A DNA stretch of 64,000 nucleotides from contig JARFYF010000112.1 in assembly GCA_030265395.1 (NCBI GenBank), positions 65,175,737 through 65,239,736 of the forward strand, given 5' to 3'. Within the stretch, counting starts at the first letter, position 1, and each line of letters begins with the position of its first letter. The stretch comes from Rhina ancylostomus. Lineage: Eukaryota. This document shows, piece after piece, positions 1 through 12,240 of the stretch. The notes under the pieces are model-generated. The model saw only the letters and a program-made list of their open reading frames with translations, did not search any database and was not told where the DNA came from. Both the position numbers and the translations under genes were made by a program.

Positions 1-170
1 CCCACCCACTACCTCCCCCCTCACCCAGGCCCACCTTCTTATTCTGGCTTCTGCCCTCTTCCTTTCCAATCCTGATGAAGGGTCTCTGCCCGATACATCG
101 ATTCTGCATTTTTCTCCATGGATGCTGCCTGACCAACTAAGTTCCTCCAGCACTTTTTGTGTGTTACTCT
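1..170 (+). mobile_element. Penelope-like element 3' end / pseudo-LTR with degenerate minimal hammerhead core
   Basis: Pyrimidine-rich tract, then AATC-CTGATGA-AGGGTCTCTGCCC-GATAC-ATC-GATT and the tail GATGCTGCCTGACC...AGTTCCTCCAGCA. The same tail follows the GIY-YIG ORF at 60340-60380. Confidence 0.8.
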
Positions 171-269
171 TGTCCATTTTGTTTTTTACCAGGACCACTC
201 AGTTCCAGAATTCACCACAGCCTTGGCCCAAATATGGATCAAAGAGCCAATCCAAAGTTATTGGTGATG

Positions 270-490
270 TGAGAACATTTTTTATATGGCATGTAGTTGT
301 AATGTGCAACACATTACCTGTAGATGTGGGAGACACAGGTTCCATTTTGGCCTTCATTAGAGAACAGGAAAAGTGCATGGTGAGGAAAAACTAGCAAGGC
401 CATAGAGAAGGGGCTGAAGGGTGCAATTAACTAGCAGAGAGCTGGCTTGGACACAATAGGCTAAAAGGTTTGTTTCTGTGCTGCAACCAT
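270..490 (+). mobile_element. Degenerate CR1 LINE 3' end
   Basis: Resembles the CR1 3' ends at 53510-53750 and 43660-43870, ending GGACACAATAGGCTAAAAGGTTTGTTTCTGTGCTG. Confidence 0.55.
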
Positions 491-789
491 ACCATTATCC
501 TGGAATCCCAGAGCCCAGACTTCACTGCAGGAACTTCTCAGATCTGTGTCCTTGGCTCAATAATCTTCAGGGAGCTGCTTTATCAATAACTATCTTTCTA
601 TCTTTGGATGGTAGGTGGATATTTTCATTGGCAGTATGCAATGAGCAATTCAATTCACAACTCCTCAGCAAATGAAGCAGTCCATGCCTACGTGAAGCAA
701 AGCTTAGAGTATATTCAGACATCTCCCCAACAAGAGAGAGGCAAACCATCCTCATCTGATACTCAATAGCATTATTATCTCCAACTCCC

Positions 790-1330
790 CCATTATCAAT
801 ATTCCTGTGCAGAAACTCAACTGGATCAGTCACATAAACGATGTGGATATAAGAGCAGGTCAGAGGCTGGGTTTTCTGTGATCTGTGTACCTTATACCTC
901 TTTCTGTCATTTATAATGCACAAGTCATGGGATACTCTCCACTTGCCTGGATTAGTACAGCTTCAACGATACTTGCAGATGTCAATGCCACCCAGGACAA
1001 AGCAATGCAGTTGATTAACACTCCATCCATGACCCAAATATTCTTTCCCTCCACTTCCAGCTAATAACTCCCTTAAAACCCCTGACCTCTATCACTGAGA
1101 AGGACATGGGTACACCACTACCTGCAAGTTTCACCCTAAGTGACACGCCATCCTGACTTGAAACTATATTGCCATTTTCCATTGTTGCTCTGTCTAAACC
1201 ATGGAACTCCCTACCTAACAACACTGTGGAGTATCTTCACCAGATGGACCACATCAGTTTATGAAGGCTTTCTCATGAGCAACAGGGATGGCCTATAAAT
1301 ACTTGCCTTGCCAGTGATGCCCACCAACAT
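790..1330 (+). mobile_element. 3' fragment of a CR1/L2-group LINE (same family as 52800-55105)
   Basis: Shares AAGAGCAGGTCAGAGGCT and CCAGGACAAAGCA with 54560-54730, plus a similar terminal GGGATGG...TTGCCA..GATGCCCA tail. Confidence 0.7.
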
Positions 1331-1959
1331 TAAAAAAGACAGGATTGGGAATTTTGTGCTTTAGTGGAGAAAATCTATTGTGGGAAACATGTTGATAACT
1401 TTGTAGTTTCACACAATAAAATTCCCCTAATTTGTGGTGACAGGATGTTAAATATTACATGAACTCTCCAAAGCAATTACATTAAAACAGGTATTTGTGC
1501 ACTCTTCCCTGGAGCATCCCTGCAGTGGATAACATCCAAACAGAGCTGAAGTTGAAGCTCATGCCTTGAAATGTACTATTCCTTCCCTACAACCAGAGAG
1601 GGCTTAGATAGGTAGTACCGAAGAAAGTGAAGGAGAAACAATCAAGCGTTGCAATGCGTATGCCATCTGGAAACTACTGCAAGGACTTTCACCTTCATAC
1701 ATAAACATACATTTGTCTTAAATTTGGATGAAATATTAAACTCTTTCCCCTCAGGTGGATACAAGAGATCCCACAGCAACTTTTGGAGAGATGCTGGATA
1801 TTGCAAATGTTTGAAATCTGAAATACAAACTGAAATACTGGGAATACTCAATAGGCCAGATGGCATCAGTAAAGAGGGGAACAGTTAATGATTAGGTCAA
1901 AACTGAGAATTGGCCAGTAATCTAGCACAACATTTTCGGGATCACTCGGTCTCCATCTC

Positions 1960-3460
1960 AGGAGGTGGGCCAGAGACAATTCCCGTCCTTTTCCAAGTCT
2001 TGCTGTTTCTCTCTGAAGTGAGGGGCTGGTGACCCATTCCAAGCCTACAGAGTCCCACAGCAATCCCAGTGATACTTCCTCCCATCCTGTCTCCTGCAGG
2101 GACTCCATTCTATTCTCCCAGCTTCTGCCTCTGCTTTATTTGCTCCAGAGGCGAGACTTTCTACAGTCTTTACACTCAACCGATCATCCTTCACAATTCC
2201 CACTACCAGACATATCTTTCTATTCCCACCCTTTTGNNNNNNNNNNNNNNNNNNNNNNNNNNNNNNNNNNNNNNNNNNNNNNNNNNNNNNNNNNNNNNNN
2301 NNNCTTCTGAAGCACTTTTCAAACAATGGAGGAACTGCAACACCTGTCCTTTCACCTTTCTCTTCCACCATCCGAGGATTCAAACAATCCTTTCAGCAGT
2401 GATTCATTTGCATTGTTTCCAATCTAGAGTCATCGAGTCATACAGCATGAAAACAGAGCATTCTGCCCACAAAGTCTGTATTAAACATCAAACACCCACC
2501 TATACTAATCCTATACCAATAACATTATATTCTTCCCACATTTCTCTAGATTCTACACACTAGAGGTAATTTACAGTGGCCGATTAACCTGCCAATCCGC
2601 ATTAGTTTGGGATGTGGGAGGAAACCAGACCACCCAAAGAAAACTCATACAGTCACAGGGAGAATATGCCTGGGTTGCTGAGGCTGGGTTGCTGAAGATG
2701 TGAAGCTGGGCTGCATCCAATGTTCACAGTGGTCTCAGCACTGGAAAAATCAAACACAAATTAGCTGGCAGATTTATGGAGCACTTGTGTTCAGTCCACT
2801 TTAATTCCCCATTCCATTCCCAGTCCAGCCTACCTGTTTGTGGTCCCCTGCACTGTTATAACAAGGCCTAACATAACCTTGAGGAACAGAACTTCATATT
2901 CCATTTAGGCATGATGCAGCTTCTGGACATAATGTCAAATTCAATAGCTTCAGGTAACTTGCTTGCCCTCTCTGTATCAGAAGTGGCCAGTCCATCTGTG
3001 ATATTGGCTTATTTTTTTCTCTCTCCATCAGTATAACATGACCTACTGGAGTATCTACTATTAATAACTTGTTGGTTTTCTCACTCCTTAACTGCCTTCA
3101 TTTCATAGGTTTGATTTTTTTGTTCAGATTCTCTCTCTAACTGCTCTGATTAACCCATTAACCAGATGACATCATTTACAGTTTATCTCCATGACAACCC
3201 TTGCCTTACCTTATCTGAGATATTCCTTATGTCCTATCCGTTCCTCCCTCACCTCTCTACAACTTAAGACCAACTTTTTTTTTGTCTCTTGCACAGTTGT
3301 GATGAAGGATCTTTAACCTGAAACATTAACTCTGTTTCTCTTTCCACAGATGCTTATCTGTCAAGTGTTTCTAGCAATTTATGTTTTATATAATCTAACA
3401 GTGATTCTGGTTTTCTTTCTATTGATGCTGCCTGGCTGCTGAATATTTCCAGCATTTTCT
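1960..3460 (+). mobile_element. Decayed Penelope-like retroelement (RT C-terminus, GIY-YIG endonuclease end, 3' pLTR), interrupted by a SINE
   Basis: THSKPTESHSNPSDTSSHPVSCRDSILFSQ (2029+) matches the PLE RT motif YxKPTDSHSYLxYxSSHP. CNTCPF linker near 2335-2352. 2790-2960 reads HFNSPFHS...LHC...LEEQNFIFHLG, paralleling 59850-60010. Tail at 3295-3460. Confidence 0.8.
2426..2720 (-). mobile_element. V-SINE (tRNA-derived) with CR1-type tail, nested in the Penelope element
   Basis: TTTGGGATGTGGGAGGAAACCAG...CACAGGGAGAAT is the reverse complement of the V-domain core at 16135-16200 and 37810-37880. The CR1-type terminus AGAGTCAT...CATACAGCA is at 2426. Confidence 0.75.
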
Positions 3461-4385
3461 CAGTCCTCTGGCCACTCAGACAATATTTGGTATCAGCCAT
3501 TCTTTAGTGAAAGCAGTCTCTTCTGAATTCCAGAGCTTGGAATTCGGGACCTTTTCCAAAGATTTGAGAAAATAATGAAGGTGAAGATATCGAGGAAATA
3601 CTGATGGAGTGCTGCAACTCCAAGTTGCAACTCCAAATAGAAGCTTTATCTGGACTTCCATCTTGACATAACAGATCCCATGAAATCCACTAATCTACTG
3701 AGACTTCAATACCCTAGACAATATTTATCCATCGACTGTCAAATATTAGACGATTCCAATGTGACTTTTTTTTCTTCCAAAGTAAATGGCCCCATATTTT
3801 TCCACATTAAAAACTTGTTAACATTTTGGCCACTCACCCATCAGCATTATATCCCTTTTTACTTTTCTGTTCCCATTTACTTAACTTACATTGTCTCTGA
3901 ATTTTAACAATATCTCCCACTCTTACTCAATTGCCTCAGAAGAAGCTTCAAGAATTATTTTTCATTGCGAATGAAAAGTTAAACATGGAAATATCACAGT
4001 GTGAAGACCATCTTTCTTGAAATGAGATGCCAACAAGTGTCTAAAATACAATATATTTAGTTGATTCTTAGCCCCATACAAATAACTTTAACTCAATCAC
4101 AAGACATGAGTAAAGCAATTGTCAACTGCCAGTGTAATTAACACCTCAAAAGTTATAATTCTGATGGGGTTTATAGAATTTGTGAATAGGAATATACATA
4201 CAATGCTCAAATTTTATGTTTAATAGACTCAAGACCCAGTGTTCAAATATATTGATGTCTTCATATCCATACTTCCTTTCAACATAGAAGCTGATCAAGT
4301 CTATACTGGCTCTCAGAGTAATCCCATTAAACCACTTATTTCTCTATTAAATAGTTCGTCAAGCATGCCCATCACTGCTACCCTG

Positions 4386-4862
4386 TGTCATGGTTCTGAG
4401 TTCTGGCCCTCATTTGGCCCCATTATTGCCTTGTTGTCCAGCACATGGATTCCATGCTGGACTGATTGCATAACAATACACACCTGAGCCCCATCAGGGG
4501 CCTNNNNNNNNNNNNNNNNNNNNNNNNNNNNNNNNNNNNNNNNNNNNNNNNNNNNNNNNNNNNNNNNNNNNNNNNNNNNNNNNNNNNNNNNNNNNNNNNN
4601 NNNTAGTTGCCAGAGTATTGGTCTACCTTTAGGTATACTTTGGTTCCAGTTGCTTAGAGTAGGTTTACTCTAGAGCAGTCATGTGTTCTCTATTCCTTTG
4701 TGAAGATTCAGTTTGTGTTAGGATTCTTCCTTTGATCTCTGAGGTAAGATTCCTTTCAGTTACTGCCTAGGTTTATCCTGAGGAAGTATCCTGACTCTGG
4801 TCTTGTATCTGTGTGCTGCATTTGGGTTCTCTGTGAGTTTGCTCTTGATCAACATTGTGACA
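4386..4862. mobile_element. Solo LTR (Gypsy/BEL-type) with 5-bp target-site duplication
   Basis: Begins TGTCA (4386) and ends TGACA (4862). CCCTG flanks both sides (4381-4385 and 4863-4867). Contains a 100-N gap. Confidence 0.8.
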
Positions 4863-5754
4863 CCCTGATCCAAAAATAACATTCAGTTAAAGAGGTAGCA
4901 AGAAGAAATCTGAGAGAATGAAAATAAGGTTTGGTTCAGTGGGTAAGGCAGCAGAGTTGATGTGGGTATTAAGGATATAACACTAGAAATACCTCATACT
5001 TCTGTATAATATTGTTCATGTGGATAGTGAAGTGTGGAGTGGAAGCTGAGGAAGGTTCAATAGTGGTAACTTTTAATCAGAAATGAAAAAGATATTTGGC
5101 AGCAACATAAATACATATTAGATTATGTGACAGCTTAATTTGGTGAAAGCAGTATTCTTATAGATAAAAAAAGATAAGAAACAAGGAGCTTCATTCACAT
5201 TTGAAGAAAATGTTTTAGTAATGGTGATCAATTCACATTCATCAGAAGCCAGATTTGGGGGGCTCAAATAAAACCTAATGAGAGAGGTTAGTGAAAGTTG
5301 AGGGAGCAGCAACATATTCCAGGCATTGGAAAAGGAAGGGAAGATTTGAGAAAGGGCAGCACTGGTGAGAGGTGGAATTAGGATAGATTTCTTGAACTAT
5401 TGTAAAGAATTAGAATAACCAACTGACATAACCATGTGGATGATGTCAATAAAGATGAATGTGAGGAGATGAATCTCAGATTACAGGTGTTAGGAACAGA
5501 AGAACAAATGAGTGAATATGGCTTCAAATTAGAGGTCAGTAAACTGTATGCTGAAGCAAGATAGAGGGGGATGGGTAAAGATATGGCTAGATAGAAGGTG
5601 GTTGTGGAAGCTGTAAGTTTGAGGAAATTTAGCAGTCATTTAAGTGCAAACAGAGAAAGCAGTAAGATGGTGTCAATTTTAGAAAAGGTAGTAATTCTTT
5701 GTGGGAGAAAAGAATTTGAGATTACTTCTGCTTTTATCCAGGCATGGTATTATA

Positions 5755-5945
5755 GTAAAATAAAAACAATGTTGGAAACACTCAGCAGGTCACTTAGCAT
5801 CTGTAGAAAGAGAAACAAGTCATTTCAGGACCCTTCTTTGACTTAGTTTGTTTTGTGTATGAAAAATTGATACTTGACCTGCTGAGTGTTTCTGCCACTT
5901 TCAGTTTTTATTTCAGATTTCCAGCATCTGCAGTTTGTTTAATTT
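5755..5945. mobile_element. Two Penelope pLTR tail fragments in inverted orientation
   Basis: GAAACACTCAGCAGGTCA (5775-5792) is the exact reverse complement of TGACCTGCTGAGTGTTTC (5875-5892). It is followed by ATTTCAGATTTCCAGCATCTGCAG. Confidence 0.7.
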
Positions 5946-6227
5946 CCATGGTGGTATCGTGATTATCTCATTGCAGAGGACTGAATCAATGATTCGGAGA
6001 CATAACTACAAATCCTACTGTGTTAGCTGTGGAATTTAAATTCAGTTAATATACAAAGACTCGAATTAAAAATTGACAGAATAAAAATTAACTTGGCTGC
6101 AGTGTAAGCATTTTTGCCTCACCTTGAGAAGTTCTATCTACTGCATAACAAAGCCACATCACAAGAGTTGTCAAATAAAACAATATTTATGCTGTGATCC
6201 TAATTCAGATTATGAAAAAGTTGGATA

Positions 6228-6582
6228 AGATAAAGTAAGATATCTTTATTAGTCATATGTACACTGAAACACAGTGAAATGAATCTTGTGCTCTGGGGGC
6301 AGCACATGTGTCACCACACTTCTGGCACCAACATAGCATGGCCACNNNNNNNNNNNNNNNNNNNNNNNNNNNNNNNNNNNNNNNNNNNNNNNNNNNNNNN
6401 NNNNNNNNNNNNNNNNNNNNNNNNNNNNNNNNNNNNNNNNNNNNNCACCAACATAGCATGGCCACAACTTCCTAACCTGTACGTCTTTGGAATATGGGAA
6501 GAAACCCACACAGACATAAGGAGAACATACAAACTCCTCACACAGTGGCCAGGATAGAACCCAGGTTGCTGGAACTGTAATA
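6228..6582 (-). mobile_element. V-SINE subfamily with ...CATTTCACTGTGTTTC..TGTACAT.TGACTAATAAAGATATCTTA tail
   Basis: Reverse complement closely matches 62818-63110; same orientation and sequence as 61005-61200. Confidence 0.85.
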
Positions 6583-6584
6583 GA

Positions 6585-6990
6585 TTGGTAAGGAAGTTTA
6601 GGGATGGAATTCCAGAGTGTAACACCCTGACATCTGAAGCCACAGCTGCCAATGGAGGAGGATGAGCATCAGACCAGCAATGGAGGAGTGTTGGTAGTTT
6701 GGAGCAGTAGAGGAGATTACAAAGGAATAAAATGGGTAAAGTGTTAGAAAAAGATGGGAATTCTGAAGTTAATACATGGGGATGATGGGTTAATAGGACT
6801 TGGTATGAGTTCGAACACAAGCAGTAAAATTTTGGGTGACCTTGAGTTTCTGAGAAAAGGGAGGCCAACCAGATGTGCACTAAACTTGTCAAATCCAGAT
6901 GTAACAAATACATGTGGTGGTTTTGATGACAGATGGTCAAAGTGTAGGGGTGATGGGGGGATGTTGAAAAATAGTGGAAGGGGAGGACAA
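6585..6990 (-). mobile_element. Degenerate L2-type LINE 3' fragment
   Basis: AGTTTAGGGATGGAATTCCAGAG...CTGAAG..ACAGCTGCCAATGG resembles the reverse complement of L2 3' ends; compare 63120-63370 and 49970-50290. Confidence 0.5.
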
Positions 6991-7089
6991 GTCAAGAAAT
7001 GCTACAAAGGTAGAAGTATATAATTTTAGTGATGACATACATATGACATCCAGAACAAATCAGGATCAAACTGGATACCAAGAGTGTGA

Positions 7090-8050
7090 AGAATCTCAAG
7101 AGGTGTCCCACAGACTGATATATATTCTCATTTGGAATCATATCTTCCAAACATACTTCTGACCATCCCCAACCTGGTTGGAGAATGTTATGCAATGAGA
7201 ATGGAGTGGCCTGAATTCTCTTGACTTTGCCTTCGTGTGCCCATAGGGTAGAAAATTTGCCTACCCATTCTAGTCTGGCTCATATGTGACATTGAACCCA
7301 CAGTGACATGGTTGGATCTTAATTATCCTCTGAAGTAATCCAGCAAGCCAAATTACGTTATTGTGTTTTAGAGTAAACAATGAACAGACCACCTGGCATT
7401 GATCAAGGCACTAGGTATAACAAAGATAAAGGTATANNNNNNNNNNNNNNNNNNNNNNNNNNNNNNNNNNNNNNNNNNNNNNNNNNNNNNNNNNNATTGT
7501 CTAAAGAAAATTGGGAAGACAACATCTCATGTAAACATATCTTTTAGTGAATGCCACAGATCCATCCACCAGTATTTGAGGTGATGGCGCAGTGCCTTGG
7601 ATGTCATCAACATTGATTCCAGAATTCTGACTATTAATGATCAAGAAAACTATTGACATACATGGCTTCCTTCAGCCAAAGTATCAATTCTCACCTATAC
7701 TAAACACCAAATGAGAAGAAGAACTGGACAAAGTAAAGGCACAGAATGAACCCAAGGTAGAGAAATTACATGTCCACATCAAGAATAACTCTATCTGCTA
7801 GCCACCGCTTGAAGTGCATAACTGCAAGGTGGACCTGCCGAGAGTGGTGAAAGAAGCATTAAAAGGGACAAAGGTGTACTTGACCAACCCTCACTAAACC
7901 ACCTGATGTATTTACATGTATCCAGGAATGACTAGTGCACTGTGGTCATGGAGGCCATCTAACCACACCAAGTACACCATCTGTTGCTCTAAGTGCTACT
8001 ACTTGTTTGATTTTCACAACATGGTAAGATTACAGATACTGTTTGAGAGT
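7090..8050 (+). mobile_element. Scrambled 5' region (UTR and endonuclease start) of the CR1/L2-group LINE family
   Basis: TTGGATGTCATCAACATTGATTCC (about 7598-7620) parallels TTGGAGTCTTCAACATTGACTCC at about 52926-52948. Confidence 0.5.
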
Positions 8051-8074
8051 GAACACCAAGTACAAAATTAGTGT

Positions 8075-10385
8075 CCTCAACTAAATAAAGGCAATTACAA
8101 AAGTATGAAGGAACAGTTGCCCTGAGTGACCTGAGAAAATAAGCTAAAGGAGAGGTCAATAGGTGAGCAATGGCAGATATTTAATCAGTTATTTCATAAT
8201 GCTCAGCAGAACTGTATCAAAATCAGAAAGGAGTCATTGAAAAAGAATAACCATGCACAGAAATCAAGGAAAATACTAAATCAAAAATCAGAGCATACAA
8301 AGTGGTAAAAGTTAATGTTAGACCAGATGACTGGGACTTTTTCAAAAGCCAGCAGCAGAGGACTACAAAGCTAACAACGAGGGAGAAAATTGATCAGTAA
8401 GTAATATCAAAACAAACAGCAAGTGCTTTTCTGGATCTATAAAAAGGAGGATAGCAAAGGTAAGTGTAGAAACCCTGGAGATTGAGACTGAGGAAACTAA
8501 GAAATGCCAGATACTTTAAACTAATATTTTAATAATATTGGAGGACTCTGCAAACATCTTGAAAATAACAGATGGGCTAGGTTCAAATCAGTGGGAAGAA
8601 CTTGGTAAAATTATTGAGACTAAAGGCAGATGAGTTGCCAAGACCCGAAGGCCTGCATTTAAGGTTTTAAAAGGAAGTGACTACAGAGATAATAGAGCCA
8701 TTAGTTGAAGTCTATCCAAATGGTTGAAATTGAATCCTNNNNNNNNNNNNNNNNNNNNNNNNNNNNNNNNNNNNNNNNNNNNNNNNNNNNNNNNNNNNNN
8801 NNNNNNNNNNNNNNNNNNNNNNNNNNNNNNNNNNNNNNNNNNNNNNNNNNNNNNNNNNNNNNNNNNNNNNNNNNNNNNNNNNNNNNNNNNNNNNNNNNNN
8901 NNNNNNNNNNNNNNNNNNNNNNNNNNNNNNNNNNNNNNNNNNNNNNNNNNNNNNNNNNNNNNNNNNNNNNNNNNNNNNNNNNNNNNNNNNNNNNNNNNNN
9001 NNNNNNNNNNNNNNNNNNNNNNNNNNNNNNNNNNNNNNNNNNNNNNNNNNNNNNNNNNNNNNNNNNNNNNNNNNNNNNNNNNNNNNNNNNNNNNNNNNNN
9101 NNNNNNNNNNNNNNNNNNNNNNNNNNNNNNNNNNNNNNNNNNNNNNNNNNNNNNNNNNNNNNNNNNNNNNNNNNNNNNNNNNNNNNNNNNNNNNNNNNNN
9201 NNNNNNNNNNNNNNNNNNNNNNNNNNNNNNNNNNNNNNNNNNNNNNNNNNNNNNNNNNNNNNNNNNNNNNNNNNNNNNNNNNNNNNNNNNNNNNNNNATA
9301 CAGCATCTACTCTATTAGTTTAATTATGGTCACTCTTAGGATGAATAATCAATGAAATAAAAGAATTATAGTAAGTGTATGCAGAGCAATATGATATGGG
9401 TTGCTACAGAAAACAAACGTCCAGTTCTCAGGAATGGAACTCTTACCTAACCCAAGAACTGCCTGTATTTGGATTTCAAGAAGGTATTTGATAAGGTGTC
9501 ACATAAAAGGCGAGTGCACAAGAAAAGAGGTCCTGGAATTGGGGAAAATTGCTTTAACATGGATTGAAGACTGATTATCATATAGAAAAAAAACCAAAAA
9601 AAGGATTTTTTTCCAGACTGGAAAGAAGTAATGAGTGAAGTGCTCCAAGGATAAATCCCTGGCCCTCAATTATTTACTATCTATACTAGTGACGTGGAGA
9701 ATGAGGGACACAGTAAAGTATCTTGGTGACAAAAAACCTTGGAGGAAAGGGCACACTGATATTTGGACTTTGCAACAGGATTTAGATAAGTTGAACGATG
9801 GGGCAAATTTGGCAAATAGACTTTAATGTCAGAAAGCATAAGGTTATGCCTATCATCTAAATTGAGAGAAATTGTAAATGAGTGGACAACAGAGGAACTT
9901 AGATATTCTTGGGTTTGAAACACAAAAGAGTTAGCATACAGATGCGGCTGGTAATTAAGGACACAGATGGCATATTGGCCTTTATTGTAGGGAATTGGAG
10001 TTTAAAAATAGAGAAATGTTTACAATTCTGCAGAGTGTTGGTGAGGTCATACCTGGAATACTCTATGCAATTTTGATCCCCTTATTGTAGGCAGTCCTGA
10101 ACAGATTTAATATGTTAATTCCTTGCATGAGAAATTTGCTCTATCACAAACACCTAAAATATTTGGACCTGTAATCTTTGGAGCTTAGAAGAATAAGGGG
10201 TTATCTTATTAAAACATATGATTTTAATGGAACATGACAAGCTAGATGTTCAGATGTTTCCACAGGTGAAAGAATTTCAAATGAAGGGCAGATACAGTTA
10301 AGATAGAGGTGGTTATTTAAAACTAAGGTACATAAGAAATCCTTCTCAGAGAGGGTGGTAAATCTCTGGAGTTCTCAATCCCAGG
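8075..10385 (+). mobile_element. Decayed CR1 LINE ORF2 (reverse transcriptase)
   Basis: Broken YLDF.KxFDKVSHKR motif (9466-9510), GxxQG motif (9640-9680), LQQDLDKL (9769-9792), LVRSYLEYSMQFxSP (10038-10083), and CR1 3' end TTCTCAGAGAGGGTGGTAAATCTCTGGA. Many stops and frameshifts. Confidence 0.85.
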
Positions 10386-11689
10386 TAGATCAGTTACGAT
10401 ACAGACTTGACAACATGAAGCCTTAATCTAGGGGCAAAATCAATATGACTGAAGACCAAGCTCAATTGCCAGGATGTTAATGCTCACACAAAGGTGGGCA
10501 TGGACATAGGCACCTTCCAGTATCTTTCAACACACGTTCACAGATGTATATACAAACACAGATACATATCACATGCATATATGCACATAAACACACAGAC
10601 ACGTTCTCATTCTCCCCCCCCCCACCCCACCCATCTTCCCCTGGATTCCTCAAACCTTCAATCCTCTCTGGTGCTACATCTCTTCTCTTTGAGTATCCGA
10701 ACGTGCTCCCCCACAGCACTCTGACTTCCTCCCACCCTCCTTTACATCCCCTTCCTCCAGTGCTTACACCCAATTACTTTCTCTGGGCTTACCTGCCCAC
10801 AGTCCTGGCCAAGCTTTAACTGGTCATGGTCTGGCCATGTTCTTGCCTGTGTTCCCAATGCTGGTGATATGAGTGTGAACAGCTATTAACTGATAGTGGA
10901 TGGTAAAGGCAGAAACAAGTGTATGTGGCTGTTACTGGTGACCATCTTCCCCCTCACTCCATTCATGCCAAAGTCCCTCTGTTCCTTCACACCACACAAT
11001 ATCCTCCTGTTTACTAAATTTTCCATTGATTTTTTTTCTACCTCCCAACTACCTTACCACATACTATTCAGGATTAAATTCTATTTGCCTTGTTCTTGCT
11101 CAACTTACCAAGGAATCTATATTTCCTCCAGCCTAAAGTGAAGGTTGTCCTGGGCATTCACAGAATGGCTGCAAATAATTACCAGACATATCCCATGGAT
11201 CTTCCCTTCTTGAAAATAAAATTTTCCTATTTTATGCATTGTATCTATGCCAAGTTACACAACACACTGATATGTAGCTGAGAAAAGGCAAACATTGATA
11301 AATACAGATCAACGCCTGCTGGGTGAAGCTATGTTTGGTTAACCCTGGAATTGCTTAAGAATGAAGAATGATGCCTTAGACAAATTACATGCTGCAAGTT
11401 CTAAAGATGATGAATGAGTCTACTGCTAGTTACCAGCAGACATGTGTAACGCAGGACATCCTTATCTGAAAGGAAAGCTGTCTGTTCCATTCAACACTAA
11501 TATAGGATGCCAACTCTATAAAACCAACCAAGGCCATGAATCCCCAAGACAGCCACAATTCCAGCAAGTGACTGTCTGATTATGTCACTACCCTGTTTAC
11601 CCTGAACCTTTGCACCATATGCAGATTAGGGTGACCACTATGGAAGCTATGCTTAAAGACTCAAAGTAAGAACTTGTCTCTTCTGTTTA

Positions 11690-12240
11690 TCTGTCTGGTC
11701 CTTCTGAGCAAATGGTGGAAATGTGAGATGCAAGTGTAGAATGGCTATAATGTGTCCAGTCAGAAAATGAGGTGCTGTTTCTCAAATTTATGTTCAATTT
11801 TTTTGGTGCAGTGTAGGGGGCAAAAGACTGTGAGGTCAGAGTGGTTGTGAATTGGAGAATCATTATGACAGGTAACCTTTGTGGATGGTTCTTTGAAACA
11901 GTCACCTAATCTGCATTTGTTTTCTTTGGTGTATTGAAGTGCATACCAAGAGTGTTGAATGTAATATAAATAATTCAAAATGCAAAGAACCCTAACACTC
12001 TACAACTTTCAGCTGACACCAGCAGCACTTGTGTCATTCAATTGCTTCTGGTCTCCATCCTATCAGAGGCATCTTTTTTTCTCTCTTCAATCCTCCCCCC
12101 ACCCACCTTCACTGCAAGTTTAAACTTCTTTCAACTCTGTCCCAGTCTGATTAAAGCAATCAACTAAAAATGTTAACACTGTTTCTCTCTCCATAGATGC
12201 TGCTGATCTTCTAAGTGTTTACTGATTTTATTTTATATTT
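11690..12240. mobile_element. Penelope-like fragment: GIY-YIG region on the minus strand abutting a plus-strand 3' tail
   Basis: ORF 11760..11978(-) YLYYIQHSWYALQYTKENKCRLGDCF...LHC...FEKQHLIF parallels the endonuclease at 59723-60010. Plus-strand tail CTGTTTCTCTCTCCATAGATGCTGC at about 12179-12203. Confidence 0.7.

Noticed and set aside
6326-6465. Direct repeat CACCAACATAGCATGGCCAC on both sides of an N run
   Set aside because: The gap is exactly 100 N, as at 4504, 31138, 39292 and 61201. This suggests placeholder gaps with overlapping contig ends rather than a real duplication; GCCGCT flanking 31138-31237 is probably the same.
8701-9355. Long ORFs of about 200 aa in the track
   Set aside because: Artefacts of translating through N runs. 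The same applies at 2029-2563, 19604-19912 and 54240-54547.
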